In this document: positions 30,948 to 42,330 of the stretch, one piece after another
Layout of the letters: each line of letters opens with the position of its first letter
Numbering within the stretch: the first letter of the stretch is position 1
Notes under the pieces: generated by a model
Told to the model about the DNA's origin: nothing
The model's input: the letters and a program-made list of their open reading frames with translations, nothing else
Databases searched by the model: none
Program-made: the position numbers and the translations under genes
Sequence record: PZ386954.1
DNA from: a phage
Direction: 5' to 3' (one strand)
Length of the DNA stretch: 42,659 nucleotides

Positions 30948-33391
30948 TGCCAGTATACCAAGGCGCTTATAAATCCATCCTCGGCGGCGTGAGCCAGCAG
31001 GTCTATACTGACCGCCAGCTATCGCAGGTTGAGGAACAGGTCAACATGACCTCTGACACCGTGCGTGGCCTGCGTAAACGCCCCGGCACCCGACTACACC
31101 GTACTGTGGATTCCACTAACGCGAACGTCTGGAGCCTTGGTAACTTCGGCCACCTGCGATTCACTACCACAAACTTAGGTTGGGGCATCACCACGTTCAT
31201 CGTGAATACGAAGACCGGGTATGTCACCGCCATTGTCGAGACGGAGACTGTCCAGTTCATGGGCCAGTCCTCGTACCTCGTCACGAACAACCCCGACGAC
31301 ATCGTGTTCGCTACCGTAGGCAACACCATGTACGTTGCCAACTGCTCCAAGCTACCAGTGCTTCTGGAGAACGAGACGCGTATGAATCCGGGTCGCCGGG
31401 GTTACTTCTTCGTGCTGGCTGGCGGCTACGGCAAGCAGTACACCGTTCGCGTTGAGACGAGCGGGGGCGCTGTGTCAGCCTCTTACACTACGCCTAACTC
31501 TGGCGATACGGGCGCTTCGGATAAGGCCACACCAGAGTACATCATTGGTCAGTTGAAGACTCAGCTCGACGCTGCCGTTGGCGGCGCTACCGGGCTGGAG
31601 GTTGTGCAGGTGGATGGTGCGTACATGTACCTCCAGACCACTGCCGCATACACTGACCTGAACGTCTCCACCAACACTGGCTCCAGCTACGCGATTGCCT
31701 CGAACACCCACCGTGTTGACCTGACCACCAAGCTCCCGGCACGTCTGCCGACTCAGGCTGGTGGCTTCATCATGACCGTAGGTGATGACAGCTTCGCACA
31801 GTATTTCCAGTGGGATTATGCCAACTCGCGCTGGGTGGAGAAAGGTGCTTGGGGTTCCCCGACCGGGATTAACCCAAGCACAATGCCGCTGGTGTTCAGC
31901 ACGACTTCGACCACCAACCAGCACACGTTCGCCCAAGGCTCATGGCCGGGCCGACTGGCTGGCGACGACAAGACCAACTCAATCCCAGCATTCACTGATG
32001 CTGATGGTGTGGGTATCACTGGTCTGGCTTCGTTCCAAGGTCGCCTGATTGTGTTCTCCGGCCCGTACATTACCATGGGTTCCAGCAACAAGGAAGACAG
32101 AACCAACTTCTTCCGTACGACTGTGACGCAGGTACTGGACGACGACCGCATTGAGTTCACCGCAACCAGCTTCGCCGGGGCATCGTTCCGGTACGGCATC
32201 CCGTTCAACTCTGACCTGATTCTGGCCAGCGAGGAACACCAAGCCGTTATCCCCGGACGTAACCAAATCCTTACGCCGAACAACGCCACTGCTGTGTTGA
32301 CCTCGACGTACCAGATGGACACTGGCGTAGCGCCGACCACTTCTGGCCGCAGCCTGTATTACGCGTACCCGCGCTCGAACAGCTCATTCTCCATCAAGGA
32401 GATGCTGCCGTCCGGCTACACGGATTTGCAGTACGTGAGTCAGGACGTGACCGACCACCTGCCGACCTATCTGGAAGGGGCCAACTCGTACATCTCTGCC
32501 AGCACCACGAACAACATCGTTGTGTTTGGCTCAACCACTGAGAAGTCCACGCTCTACGTGAACGAGTACCTGTGGTCAGGTGACGAGAAGGTGCTGTCCT
32601 CTTGGCATCGCTGGGAGGTGTACGGCACTGTGCAGGCTGCGTGGTTCGTTCGTGAGGTGCTGGTGCTCTTGGTTGAGCAGCAGGGCCACATGAACCTGCT
32701 CACGCTGTCCATGCGAGATTCCCCTGACCCGACTGACCCGGCGCGATTCCTCCCGGCCATTGACTACGCCCAGTTGATGACTGTGACGAACCCGGCCACG
32801 GACAGCTCGTACATTCAGTTTGCTGCCACTGGCGAGCAGAAGGCGCTGTGGGACATTATCCAGTACCGCTACCAGACTGAGGGCAACTGGGACTTCATGA
32901 CGAACGTAGTGCCGTCTGGCAACTACATCGGGGCTGAGGTCGGGGTTAAGTCCATCGACACCACGAACCGACGCGTGTACCTCCAGCCTTCGTACGGCAG
33001 CAGCTCACTGTATGTGGGCCTGCGATTCACTGCCCTGTTCAGCCCTACGCCTCCGCGTGTGTTCAATCAGGACGGCTCGTACATGGACGTGAACAAGATG
33101 ATCATCATGCACTACAACTTCACGTTGCGGTACACGAGCCTGTTCAACATCACGGCCAGCGACCGGGGCGCGTACTCGGCACTGAACATCATCAGCAGCC
33201 CTATCCGGTACACCAGTAAAGAGCTGGGTCTGGAGTCTGCGATGTTGGCCAAGCGTGCGCACTTGAAGGTTCGCATGGGTCTTGAAGTGGAGTCCAGCAG
33301 CATGGTCGTGGATTCGTCTACGGCAGGCGACCTGAACATTCAGGGGCTTGGCTACTACATCAAGTTCTACAACAAAGTTCGGAGAATTTAA
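30947..33391 (+). CDS. tail tubular protein B (T7 gp12-like)
   Basis: 814 aa; ATG overlaps upstream stop; conserved position and size. Confidence 0.8.
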   Translation: MPVYQGAYKSILGGVSQQVYTDRQLSQVEEQVNMTSDTVRGLRKRPGTRLHRTVDSTNANVWSLGNFGHLRFTTTNLGWGITTFIVNTKTGYVTAIVETETVQFMGQSSYLVTNNPDDIVFATVGNTMYVANCSKLPVLLENETRMNPGRRGYFFVLAGGYGKQYTVRVETSGGAVSASYTTPNSGDTGASDKATPEYIIGQLKTQLDAAVGGATGLEVVQVDGAYMYLQTTAAYTDLNVSTNTGSSYAIASNTHRVDLTTKLPARLPTQAGGFIMTVGDDSFAQYFQWDYANSRWVEKGAWGSPTGINPSTMPLVFSTTSTTNQHTFAQGSWPGRLAGDDKTNSIPAFTDADGVGITGLASFQGRLIVFSGPYITMGSSNKEDRTNFFRTTVTQVLDDDRIEFTATSFAGASFRYGIPFNSDLILASEEHQAVIPGRNQILTPNNATAVLTSTYQMDTGVAPTTSGRSLYYAYPRSNSSFSIKEMLPSGYTDLQYVSQDVTDHLPTYLEGANSYISASTTNNIVVFGSTTEKSTLYVNEYLWSGDEKVLSSWHRWEVYGTVQAAWFVREVLVLLVEQQGHMNLLTLSMRDSPDPTDPARFLPAIDYAQLMTVTNPATDSSYIQFAATGEQKALWDIIQYRYQTEGNWDFMTNVVPSGNYIGAEVGVKSIDTTNRRVYLQPSYGSSSLYVGLRFTALFSPTPPRVFNQDGSYMDVNKMIIMHYNFTLRYTSLFNITASDRGAYSALNIISSPIRYTSKELGLESAMLAKRAHLKVRMGLEVESSSMVVDSSTAGDLNIQGLGYYIKFYNKVRRI

Positions 33392-33392
33392 T

Positions 33393-34133
33393 ATGGGTTG
33401 GGCAGCTTTTGCTAAAGCTGGTGCCGACGCTACGAACTCCTTCATCACCACCTATGCTCAAGGACGAGCAGAGCGTGCGCAGATGAAGGCGGTTCAGGCA
33501 GAAAACGAACGCCTGAACAAGCAAACGTGGCAGGCAATGGGCCAGCGCATCAACACCGTGAATCTCCAGCGCGGCCTGCTCCGGCAGCAGACTGGCACCG
33601 ACCTGTACAATATCAACAAGGAAGCTAACCGGGCATCCGGCGCGAGCATTAACAATGCCGCCGCTGCCGGGATTGAAGGTGCCTCTGTGGACGAGGCGGT
33701 CACGGACATCAGCCGCCAGAATCAGGAAAGCCAAGCGCAGACCCGGTTCAATGAGCAGATTCAGGAGATGAACCTCGACACCAGTATCAACGACATCATC
33801 GACACCGCCGTCGCAGCTCAGCGTTATTCGCAGAAGCCAGCGAGCAACAGCATGATTGTGGGCCGCGCCATTGGCGTGTCTGCTATGCAGTTTGCTTCGA
33901 GCCTCGCGCAGACCAGCTTCGACTACATGCCGACTGAGGGTGCGAAGGGTACGGGTACACAGAGCGGCAGTGCTGGCGCTACAGCGTCAACGTTCGATAA
34001 CCTCGGCTCCAGTACAGCGAGTTATGGAACAACTAACTGGATGCAGAAGGCTGGGGAATTTAACCCTGTGCCTGCGCAGTATCAATCAAATCGTTACATG
34101 GGCTACGGCTCAGGTTCAATCTTTGGGGGCTAA
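33393..34133 (+). CDS. internal virion protein A
   Basis: ATG at 33393 with GGAG SD; first of three consecutive internal-virion-protein-sized genes. Confidence 0.65.
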   Translation: MGWAAFAKAGADATNSFITTYAQGRAERAQMKAVQAENERLNKQTWQAMGQRINTVNLQRGLLRQQTGTDLYNINKEANRASGASINNAAAAGIEGASVDEAVTDISRQNQESQAQTRFNEQIQEMNLDTSINDIIDTAVAAQRYSQKPASNSMIVGRAIGVSAMQFASSLAQTSFDYMPTEGAKGTGTQSGSAGATASTFDNLGSSTASYGTTNWMQKAGEFNPVPAQYQSNRYMGYGSGSIFGG

Positions 34134-34135
34134 TC

Positions 34136-36832
34136 ATGGCTACTATGCGTGACCAGCGTGGCGCTAACCTTAATGCTGCGCAGCAGGGATTACCAAGTGT
34201 GCAGCAGGCGCAGACTCCGTTTAGTCTCGCAGGCCGCGATACTCGCATCGACACGTTTCCTACCGAGTCCATTCAACGCGTACTGAACATGGCCAGCGCA
34301 CTTGCTGGCCGTGTCACTGAGCGTGTGAACGAGGAAGAATACCTCAAGGGGGCTAACGCCGCCGCGAGTGGCAAGGCTGTCGAGGATTTGGATTCGAACT
34401 GGCTTACCGCTCAGTTCCAGAAAGCTGGTTACAACGACCAGTACAAACGAATGGAAATGGCGAAGGTCGCCTCAGACATCTCGGCTAACATGCCGCAGTA
34501 TGCGAAGATGGCACCCGACGAGTTCTTGAAGGTGGTGGACGAGAAGACCACTGGCCTGTTCGAGAACACTGATGGTATGACGCTGAACGGGCGTAAGTCA
34601 CTGCTGGAGAACCAGCTCACGTTCAGCAACACCCTTATCCGTACGCAGGCTGCCCAGCATGGTAAGTATCTGGTTGAGCAGCGTGCGGCGATGTACAACA
34701 CGCAGGGTAACACTCTAGTTACTCTGGCGGCTCAGGCCAAGGCCACTGGCGATGGCGGCGCGTACGCTAACGCTACGGCAGCAACCATGGCATGGGCCAA
34801 GTCTATTCTGGCAGACGACAAGCTGCCACTGGAGACTCGCCGGACGCAGGTGACTTCCATGATGGGGCTGATGCTCCAGCAGGATTTGCGTACCCCGGTC
34901 GAGACTGCTGTGAACTCCGGGCTATTCAACGAGCTGCCTGCCGACGATTTGGCCAAGCTGCAAGGTCAGATTCGTGAATCCAAATCTCGTACTGAGGTTC
35001 AGGATAACATGGGTCTGCTGGCGCAGAAGGGTCAACTTGATGCGCGTCAGGCAGTATTCGGTGACGTTACGCCGGAACAGTACACGCAGACGCTCCAGCA
35101 GATGGTGGACAATAAGCTGATTAGCGCTGGTGGTTTCAGCTCTGCTATCGAGTCCTTCTACAAGGATTACGCCAAGCAAGCCAAGGCCAGCCAGCTCGGT
35201 CAGGCTTACGCCACCGGGAACCAGACGTACATGCTCCAGCAGGGCGCGAGTGAGCAGGATGGTGCTGACGCATTCATCAAGGCTCGCATGAAGCAACCGG
35301 GCGCGACGGCAAGTTCCGTGGCGTTCGACCTGCTGCAAGTGGGTGCGCAGACTGGCTTCCCTTCTGCGTACAAGTCTGCTGCCAAGTTGATTGAACCATC
35401 CCTGTCGAACTTCGGCACCGTGGATGAAATGAACCCTGACGCTGCCCGTACCGTAACCGGGCTGATTGACCGTGTAACCGTGGCCGAGAATCAGGGTGAC
35501 AAGACTGCATGGACTAAGCTCCTGTCCGGTCTGTCAGAAGAAAACCAAGAGAAGATGGTGTACATGCGCGAGCAGATTAAGGCTGGCCGCACCATCGACC
35601 AAGCTGGTCAGGGTTACATCAAGCAGCAGCAGGACTACGCTGGCTTGACCCCGGCACAGAAATCTCAAATCCTCACGCAGCGTCAATCTGACGTTAACTC
35701 TGTGGTGAATGGGCTGGAGGCTCAGGGCTTCCTCTCTCGCACTTGGCAGGGTCTGGCTGGTCTGTTCTCAGATACTCAGCAGAACCTGTTCCAAGCACGC
35801 GTCGCATCTGGTGACATTACTGCCGCGCAGGAAATGTCGGAGGTGTCTGCCGCGTACCGCGAGGAGCTGCAAGCTGTAGTCCTCAAGAACCCGAACGTGA
35901 CGAAGGATGGTATGGAAGCACTCGCATCTGCGAAGCTGGCCAACCGTGTCCTGCGCGTCGGTGAAACCACATTCAGCCCCGGCTCTGTGCTTATCGCACC
36001 GAGAGGCCAAACTGTTCAGTCTATGCTCGGCTTGCCTGCTGACGTAGCCCCCGACCGTATCGGTCGCGCTATCGCCGCACTTGACCAGACCAAGGCACCA
36101 GAAGGCTTCGAGTCGTCCTACTCGTTTATGCCAGATGGCTCTCTGAACGTTCAGTTCTTCAACAAGCAAGGTGACGTTTCCCCGAACTCGGTACGCATTC
36201 TGCCGCAGCTCGTGCAGGAACGCATCCGTGAAGACGACCGTGCAGCAGCCACTGCCAACAACGAAGTGTATGGCGACGGGAAACTCTTTGTTGATAAGAC
36301 CAGTAACGTGGGTATCCGCGTGAATGGCGTTAATACTGCGGGGGTAGACGAGCAGCGTATGCTTGTTGCCCGTGGCAAACTGATTGACTTCGAAGGTATC
36401 CGCAGCACCACCTACCGCGACAGCACTGGCGTACAGACTAACGGTGTCGGTATCTCCGACCGTAGCCCGTACTTTGCCCAAGGCCAAGCGTCTGGTATGA
36501 AAGGCGGTACTGAGTGGTCGCCGCGAACTATCCACGATACGTTCGTGCAACACACCAACATGGTAGCCCGGCAGATGCCCGGCACTGCTGCTGCACTGGG
36601 GTGGAGTCGTGATAACGATGCCCAGTTCCAGTTCATGATGCAGATGGGTTATCAGGCAGGTTCAAGCTGGTATCGTACCGATGGTGCGTACAGCAAACTG
36701 GCTGATGCAATCCGTGTTGGCGACCAAGAGAAAGCTGTGCAGGCTCTGGCTGCGACCCCGGCTTATAAGCTGTCGCAGGACGAGCGTAAGCAGTATTACG
36801 TCCAAACTCTACTCGCAGGTATGCAGGAATGA
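34136..36832 (+). CDS. internal virion protein B (T7 gp15-like)
   Basis: 898 aa; synteny. Confidence 0.75.
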   Translation: MATMRDQRGANLNAAQQGLPSVQQAQTPFSLAGRDTRIDTFPTESIQRVLNMASALAGRVTERVNEEEYLKGANAAASGKAVEDLDSNWLTAQFQKAGYNDQYKRMEMAKVASDISANMPQYAKMAPDEFLKVVDEKTTGLFENTDGMTLNGRKSLLENQLTFSNTLIRTQAAQHGKYLVEQRAAMYNTQGNTLVTLAAQAKATGDGGAYANATAATMAWAKSILADDKLPLETRRTQVTSMMGLMLQQDLRTPVETAVNSGLFNELPADDLAKLQGQIRESKSRTEVQDNMGLLAQKGQLDARQAVFGDVTPEQYTQTLQQMVDNKLISAGGFSSAIESFYKDYAKQAKASQLGQAYATGNQTYMLQQGASEQDGADAFIKARMKQPGATASSVAFDLLQVGAQTGFPSAYKSAAKLIEPSLSNFGTVDEMNPDAARTVTGLIDRVTVAENQGDKTAWTKLLSGLSEENQEKMVYMREQIKAGRTIDQAGQGYIKQQQDYAGLTPAQKSQILTQRQSDVNSVVNGLEAQGFLSRTWQGLAGLFSDTQQNLFQARVASGDITAAQEMSEVSAAYREELQAVVLKNPNVTKDGMEALASAKLANRVLRVGETTFSPGSVLIAPRGQTVQSMLGLPADVAPDRIGRAIAALDQTKAPEGFESSYSFMPDGSLNVQFFNKQGDVSPNSVRILPQLVQERIREDDRAAATANNEVYGDGKLFVDKTSNVGIRVNGVNTAGVDEQRMLVARGKLIDFEGIRSTTYRDSTGVQTNGVGISDRSPYFAQGQASGMKGGTEWSPRTIHDTFVQHTNMVARQMPGTAAALGWSRDNDAQFQFMMQMGYQAGSSWYRTDGAYSKLADAIRVGDQEKAVQALAATPAYKLSQDERKQYYVQTLLAGMQE

Positions 36833-39800
36833 TTATCACACAAGAATCGCTCGACAAGTTCATGGCTCCCAAGCAGGGGGCCAACGCTCCCTCGCTGGTT
36901 ATTCCAGCTCCCGTAAAGACTGCTGACCTCAGCACTCCACTGCAAGATGCCACTCGTCAGGGTGCCGTCGAGCAGTTCGACAAGATGCAGGAACTGGAAG
37001 CAACTCCGATGGCCACGGCGTTGAGTGCTTCTGTGAAGAACTGGGACACCACCCAGCTCTTTGATGCCGCGTTCAACAAGCCCACCTTCCAAGCTGACCC
37101 GGACTTCAAGCCCAACGAGGCATTGCAGAACGTACAGTTCCCGGTGGGTGCAGATGACCGGACGTTCCTGTTCAAATCCAAATCCATGGACGAGTTCAAC
37201 TGGCGTACCCAGCAGCTCCAAGAGATGCGAGAACGTACCCAGTTGGCTCACACTGCGCCAGTGATGAACGCAGTGCTGCAATTCGCTGACCCGCTGTACC
37301 TTGCTACTGACCTGCTCTCGATGGGAGCAGGCACTGCCCTGAAACTTGGTCGCCTTGGAACCGCTGCCGTAGGCGCGGCGTCCACTGCTACGCTGATGAA
37401 CACCATCGGTAGCGAGGCTCGCCCAGTATCTCAGAACGAGATTATCTTTGCGGCTGCCCTGCACGGGGCGGCCACCACTGCATTCTATCGCCCCGCCGCT
37501 GCGCCAGCCCGTCGCCTTGATGAGCTGTCGCCAGAGGAATTTGCGGCTGAGATGCAGCGCCGTAACGGTATTGACCCGAACAACCCGCCGCAGTTTGACC
37601 CGAACAACGCCATGTCTCCGCTGGCAATGTCCCTCGGTGTCGGCCCTCGCGGTGCCACTGTAGTTGACGAAGTACCGGAATCCATTCGGGCTGCGGCTCA
37701 GCGTGGACTCGACCTCGCACGCCGTGGTGAGCAGACCAACCCTAAGCGTCCATTCCTTGAGTGGTCACTGTTCAAGTCGTTCAGTCAGCATTCTGAGGAA
37801 TCCAGTGCGTTGGCCGGGCGACTGCTGGACGACCCACTGAACCCGAACATGACCTCTGCTGCTGCAATCCAGCGCGAGACTCAGGCTCGCTTCGGTGTGC
37901 TGCTGAACCAGTATGAAGACACCCTGCGCCATGCCCTGACCACTGATGGCTGGAGTAACATCCGGCGCTTCCGTGACCCGGTTGGCTATCGCCGGGCGCA
38001 GCAGGAGTTCGAAGCTGCTGTTCGTCTTGAGCTGGACAAGCGCATGATTGACAACAACTTCCGTGGCGCTAACCCGAGTGTGGCCGCTGCCGCCGACCGA
38101 CTGGGCGAATACTCTCGCGCCGTGGGCCGGGAGCTGGAACGCAAGGGGATGGTTGAGCCGGGCTTCGTGGAGAAGAACCCGTACTACTACCCTCGCCGGA
38201 TGAACGTGACCAAGGTTGAGCAGGCTGAGCAGTTGCTCGGCAAGAAGCCATTCATGAAGCAGATGACGACTGCTGTGCAGCGCGGTATCGGTACTGACCG
38301 TCCGACTGCCAACGTCATTGCCCATGCTATGGTGGAGCGTGCCCGCCGCAAAGGTTACGGTATCGACAACTCCGGTACGATTATCAACAAGGAGGGCCGC
38401 GATGAGCTGCTCGAAATCATTGAGAACTCGAAAGGACTCGACGAGGCTGCCAAGGCCCGTGCTTCCGCACTCCTTCGTGAATCTGGCTCGGACGCTGGCC
38501 GACCGTCGATGCTTAAGAGCCGTATCAACATCGACATGATGCACCAGCTCGGCCCTAACTTGCAGGTGCGTGACCTGTTCGATGACAGCATCACCAGTAT
38601 GATGGACAGCTACAACCGCCGCATTACTGGGCGACTGGCTCTGCATGAGGCTGGACTGGGTACTGACGCCGAACGCGCTGCTGCTCGTGAGGCTCTGGCC
38701 AAATCCATCAAGGATGGTACGGCTCGTCGTCAGGCGCTGGGGCAGTATGACAACATCATGGCTTATTACCAAGGTGCGCCAGTTGGTGAGGAAATGCCGC
38801 AGTTCATGCGTCAGCTCTCTGCACTGACTCAGGCTACTGGTCTGGCTGCATCTGGTCTGTGGCAGTTGGTGGAATACGGCACGATGATGCAACGTTTCGG
38901 GGCAGTCAATACGTTTCGCGCCATGATGCGTACAATTCCCGAAGCACGCGCACTATTTAAGCAAATGAGGGTGTCTACTAAGGAAGGTCGTCAGTTGGCA
39001 CTTGATGCCGAGGAAGCTCTGACTGCGGCGGTTGCGAGTGATATTCGTATGCGCCCAATCATGCAGCACTATGAAGATATGTTCTCTGCGGATAAGTCAC
39101 CGTGGGTTATGCGTCTTGAGCACGCCCGTGATGCTACCATGTTCATCAACATGCAGAAATACATCCACTTCCACCAGACCCGTACCAACGCTGCGCTCGT
39201 GATGCAGACTCTGCGTAAGGCTGCCGAAGGTGACGCCAAGGCTATTGCCGCGATGAAAACCTATGGTGCCAATGAGCAGCTTCTGAACGACATTCGCAAG
39301 CAGGTCGGGCAGCATGGCACCAAGCCAGACGCTTGGGACGAGGGCGTGTTCAACCGCTCCCGTATTGTCATGATGAATGCCATGGATGACGCCATTGTTC
39401 GCGCCCGTGTGGGTGAGCTGCCTGCGTTTGCAGAGTTCAGCACGCTCGGTAAGTTCCTGTTTACGTTCCGTCGATTCGTAGCGGCTACGCACAACAAGAC
39501 ACTGGTGGGTACGTGGAATCGTGAAGGTGCTCGCGGAATGGCTACGCTCATGGCGTATCAGTATCCGCTGGCGATGATGGCCACCGCAGCCAACAACGTG
39601 ATTTCTGGCAAGGCTTTCTCCGACCCGGAAACCATGGCACCAAATAAGCTGGCTGGGCAGGCACTGAACTATCTTGGTGCTATCGGCTTTGCCTCCGAGT
39701 TCACTGGTGTCCTGACCGGGCAGCAGCGTAGCTTCGGTGCGCCGGGCCTGTTGTTCCTCGACCGTGCCTACGGCGTGGCAGGTGCAGCTACCAATGCTGC

Positions 39801-39939
39801 TGGCGGTGTGTTGACTGGGGATGCTGACCAAGCCATCTCCGGTGCTCGCAAGGCGGCGGGTAACGTCATCCAAGCAATCCCACTCATCTCCATTGTGCCG
39901 GGCGTCCGAGCACTCAACGAAGCAGTTAAGGGTGAATAA
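36829..39939 (+). CDS. internal virion protein C (T7 gp16-like)
   Basis: 1036 aa; overlapping stop/start with neighbours; synteny. Confidence 0.75.
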   Translation: MIITQESLDKFMAPKQGANAPSLVIPAPVKTADLSTPLQDATRQGAVEQFDKMQELEATPMATALSASVKNWDTTQLFDAAFNKPTFQADPDFKPNEALQNVQFPVGADDRTFLFKSKSMDEFNWRTQQLQEMRERTQLAHTAPVMNAVLQFADPLYLATDLLSMGAGTALKLGRLGTAAVGAASTATLMNTIGSEARPVSQNEIIFAAALHGAATTAFYRPAAAPARRLDELSPEEFAAEMQRRNGIDPNNPPQFDPNNAMSPLAMSLGVGPRGATVVDEVPESIRAAAQRGLDLARRGEQTNPKRPFLEWSLFKSFSQHSEESSALAGRLLDDPLNPNMTSAAAIQRETQARFGVLLNQYEDTLRHALTTDGWSNIRRFRDPVGYRRAQQEFEAAVRLELDKRMIDNNFRGANPSVAAAADRLGEYSRAVGRELERKGMVEPGFVEKNPYYYPRRMNVTKVEQAEQLLGKKPFMKQMTTAVQRGIGTDRPTANVIAHAMVERARRKGYGIDNSGTIINKEGRDELLEIIENSKGLDEAAKARASALLRESGSDAGRPSMLKSRINIDMMHQLGPNLQVRDLFDDSITSMMDSYNRRITGRLALHEAGLGTDAERAAAREALAKSIKDGTARRQALGQYDNIMAYYQGAPVGEEMPQFMRQLSALTQATGLAASGLWQLVEYGTMMQRFGAVNTFRAMMRTIPEARALFKQMRVSTKEGRQLALDAEEALTAAVASDIRMRPIMQHYEDMFSADKSPWVMRLEHARDATMFINMQKYIHFHQTRTNAALVMQTLRKAAEGDAKAIAAMKTYGANEQLLNDIRKQVGQHGTKPDAWDEGVFNRSRIVMMNAMDDAIVRARVGELPAFAEFSTLGKFLFTFRRFVAATHNKTLVGTWNREGARGMATLMAYQYPLAMMATAANNVISGKAFSDPETMAPNKLAGQALNYLGAIGFASEFTGVLTGQQRSFGAPGLLFLDRAYGVAGAATNAAGGVLTGDADQAISGARKAAGNVIQAIPLISIVPGVRALNEAVKGE

Positions 39940-42320
39940 TGGCGAACAGCTATAATACTTACGTGGCGAACGGTTCACAGACCGCATTCCTCGTCACGTT
40001 CGAGCAGCGCGTGTTCACTGAGATTCAGGTGTACCTCAACTCCGAACTCCAGACGAGCGGATACACCTACAACTCTGTGACCAAACAGATTGTCTTTGAC
40101 ACCGCCCCGCCAATCGGGGTGATTGTCCGACTCCAACGCTACACCTCCGATATTCTGCTTAACAAGTTCGGTCAGGACGCTGCCTTCACGGGCAGCAACC
40201 TCGACGAGAACTTCGAGCAGATTCTGTTTAAGGCTGAGGAAACTCAGGAAGCATGGCTCGCGCCGCTTGACCGTGCCGTCCGTGTTCCGAACTCCGAAGT
40301 CTCCATCAACGCTTTACCGAACGTCGCTGGTCGCCGCAACAAAGCACTGGGCTTTGATAGTAATGGCCAGCCGTTCATGATTCCTCTGGTTGATATTCCT
40401 GACTCCGCGCTGGCTATTGCACTCGCAATGAATGACGGCGGTAAATGGATTGGTACACTGGGCGGCGGTACGTTCCTCGACCGTCAGGATACTGTGTGCC
40501 TGTCAGAGTTCACCAACAACACTGGTTACGCGTCAGTTAGCGCTGCTGTGCAGGCTTGCTTTGACTATGCCGCAGCCAACAATAAAGTAGTGGATGCTCG
40601 CGGCTGGGTAGGCACGCTAAACGCCAACGTCACGATGACAAATATTGAGGTTGTCGGCGGTACGTGGAAAGGCACATCTGACGTGTTTATCGTTAACTCG
40701 CTGTTCCGCAACTTCGAGATTAATAACCTGCGCCTGCGTCCATATGGCGGCGATGTTCGTATCCGCTATGGCTTATTTGATGGTAAGCCCACGCTGAGTA
40801 AAGTGGCGAGCATTATGCTCCAAGCTATCCCAGCCGCTGGCACCATTGAGGTCACAGATTGCGAGTTCCGAAATGGTCTATATGGTATCTTGCAGCAAGG
40901 CACTGGCGAGGTGATGACGCGTGGCCTGTTTCGTAACCTGTCGTTCTATGACATGGGTGGTGATGGGATTGAGCTGAACGTTGTGCAGAAACACTACGAT
41001 GATGGCTGTCTAATTGAGAACATCGTTCTTGAGAACATAGACAGTACAGGTCAGGCACCTATCAATAACTCCAACTGGGGTATCGGTATTGGTGTGGCTG
41101 GTAGTTCTCCATATGGTTTGGATACTCCAGACAGCTATTATGCCAAGAACATTACCATTCGCAACGTCAAGGCACGACGCTGCCGTCAGGTTGTTCACTT
41201 TGAGCAGGTTCGTGATTCGCTTATCGAGAACATCGACGGCGACCCCGACCAGAACGTGTCTAACGGCTCCGGCCTGACTATGGCCACTGTGCTGTGCTAC
41301 GGTGCGCGTCGCGTTACCATCAACGGTGTACGCGGTGAACCAGTGGTCACAGAGGGTACTGACCCGCATAGCATCCGCATTGTGATGCTGGAGTGGGGTA
41401 CTAACGCCGGGATTGGCGCACGCGGGCCATGTCAACACATGACTGTGCGCAACGTGTCATCCCGTAATGGGCGCTTCTATGCTGGCGTAGGCTGTCAGGC
41501 TGTAGGGCTAGACAATACAGCAACGTTCGAGAACATCGACTGCTATAACTTCCGAGTGTTCGGCGTAGCGCGTGAACTTAATCTAGCCAACATCACCTGC
41601 ACAGTGTTTGACTGTATCGGCGATGATTCTGCTGGCGGTACTTCGTCCAACGGGTATCTGGCTGTCGGTCGCACAACGCTCAATATGACCAATGTTAACG
41701 CACTGTCTGAGGACTTGGTAGCCAATCAGGGCTGGAGCCGCTGTGCATACTCGTATGTGTCCAGCGTGGCATCCAACGTGTACGCACGTCCGTATCCCCG
41801 CCAAGGGATTGATGGTGGCATTGGTGTACCTGTGCGGCCCAGCAACCGTGTGTACGTGATGCCGGATGCTGCTGATGTGAATATCACAGACTGGGATGGT
41901 ACTCAGTTCCCTGCCGGACGAGAGTTCGTAGAGGGTGACTTGATTATGCGTACTGATGGTAAGTTCTTTACGGTAACTCGCAGTGGTGCCTATATTCCAG
42001 CTATTGCCGAATATCGGGTCAAAGCTGCGGCAGCAGGTCAGACGTACCTCGCCAGCAATTACCCTATGGATGGTAACAAAGGGTCAATGGTTTGGATTTA
42101 CAGATACATGCTGACGCCCGGCACCCATATCAATATTCCGGGAGCTGGTGCAGGCGGCGGAGTATTACATACCACCATTGCTCGCGGCCCGTACCGTACG
42201 GACGTGAACAACCCTACCAGTGAGATTCGCGTCGGCATTAGTGACCCTATCGTCACAGCTATCCCGGCAGGTACTCAGCTATCCGCCACGTACCCAATCT
42301 CGTTCCGTACACCAACATAA
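39939..42320 (+). CDS. tail fibre / tailspike with T7 gp17-like N-terminal anchor and parallel beta-helix-like C-terminal region (possible polysaccharide depolymerase)
   Basis: 793 aa; N-terminal MANSYNTYVANGSQTAFLVTF...; C-terminal recurring N-I-x-I-x-N-V rungs (ENIVLENID, NITIRNVKA, MTVRNVSS, FENIDCYNF). Confidence 0.75.
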   Translation: MANSYNTYVANGSQTAFLVTFEQRVFTEIQVYLNSELQTSGYTYNSVTKQIVFDTAPPIGVIVRLQRYTSDILLNKFGQDAAFTGSNLDENFEQILFKAEETQEAWLAPLDRAVRVPNSEVSINALPNVAGRRNKALGFDSNGQPFMIPLVDIPDSALAIALAMNDGGKWIGTLGGGTFLDRQDTVCLSEFTNNTGYASVSAAVQACFDYAAANNKVVDARGWVGTLNANVTMTNIEVVGGTWKGTSDVFIVNSLFRNFEINNLRLRPYGGDVRIRYGLFDGKPTLSKVASIMLQAIPAAGTIEVTDCEFRNGLYGILQQGTGEVMTRGLFRNLSFYDMGGDGIELNVVQKHYDDGCLIENIVLENIDSTGQAPINNSNWGIGIGVAGSSPYGLDTPDSYYAKNITIRNVKARRCRQVVHFEQVRDSLIENIDGDPDQNVSNGSGLTMATVLCYGARRVTINGVRGEPVVTEGTDPHSIRIVMLEWGTNAGIGARGPCQHMTVRNVSSRNGRFYAGVGCQAVGLDNTATFENIDCYNFRVFGVARELNLANITCTVFDCIGDDSAGGTSSNGYLAVGRTTLNMTNVNALSEDLVANQGWSRCAYSYVSSVASNVYARPYPRQGIDGGIGVPVRPSNRVYVMPDAADVNITDWDGTQFPAGREFVEGDLIMRTDGKFFTVTRSGAYIPAIAEYRVKAAAAGQTYLASNYPMDGNKGSMVWIYRYMLTPGTHINIPGAGAGGGVLHTTIARGPYRTDVNNPTSEIRVGISDPIVTAIPAGTQLSATYPISFRTPT

Positions 42321-42330
42321 GGAGAACCAC

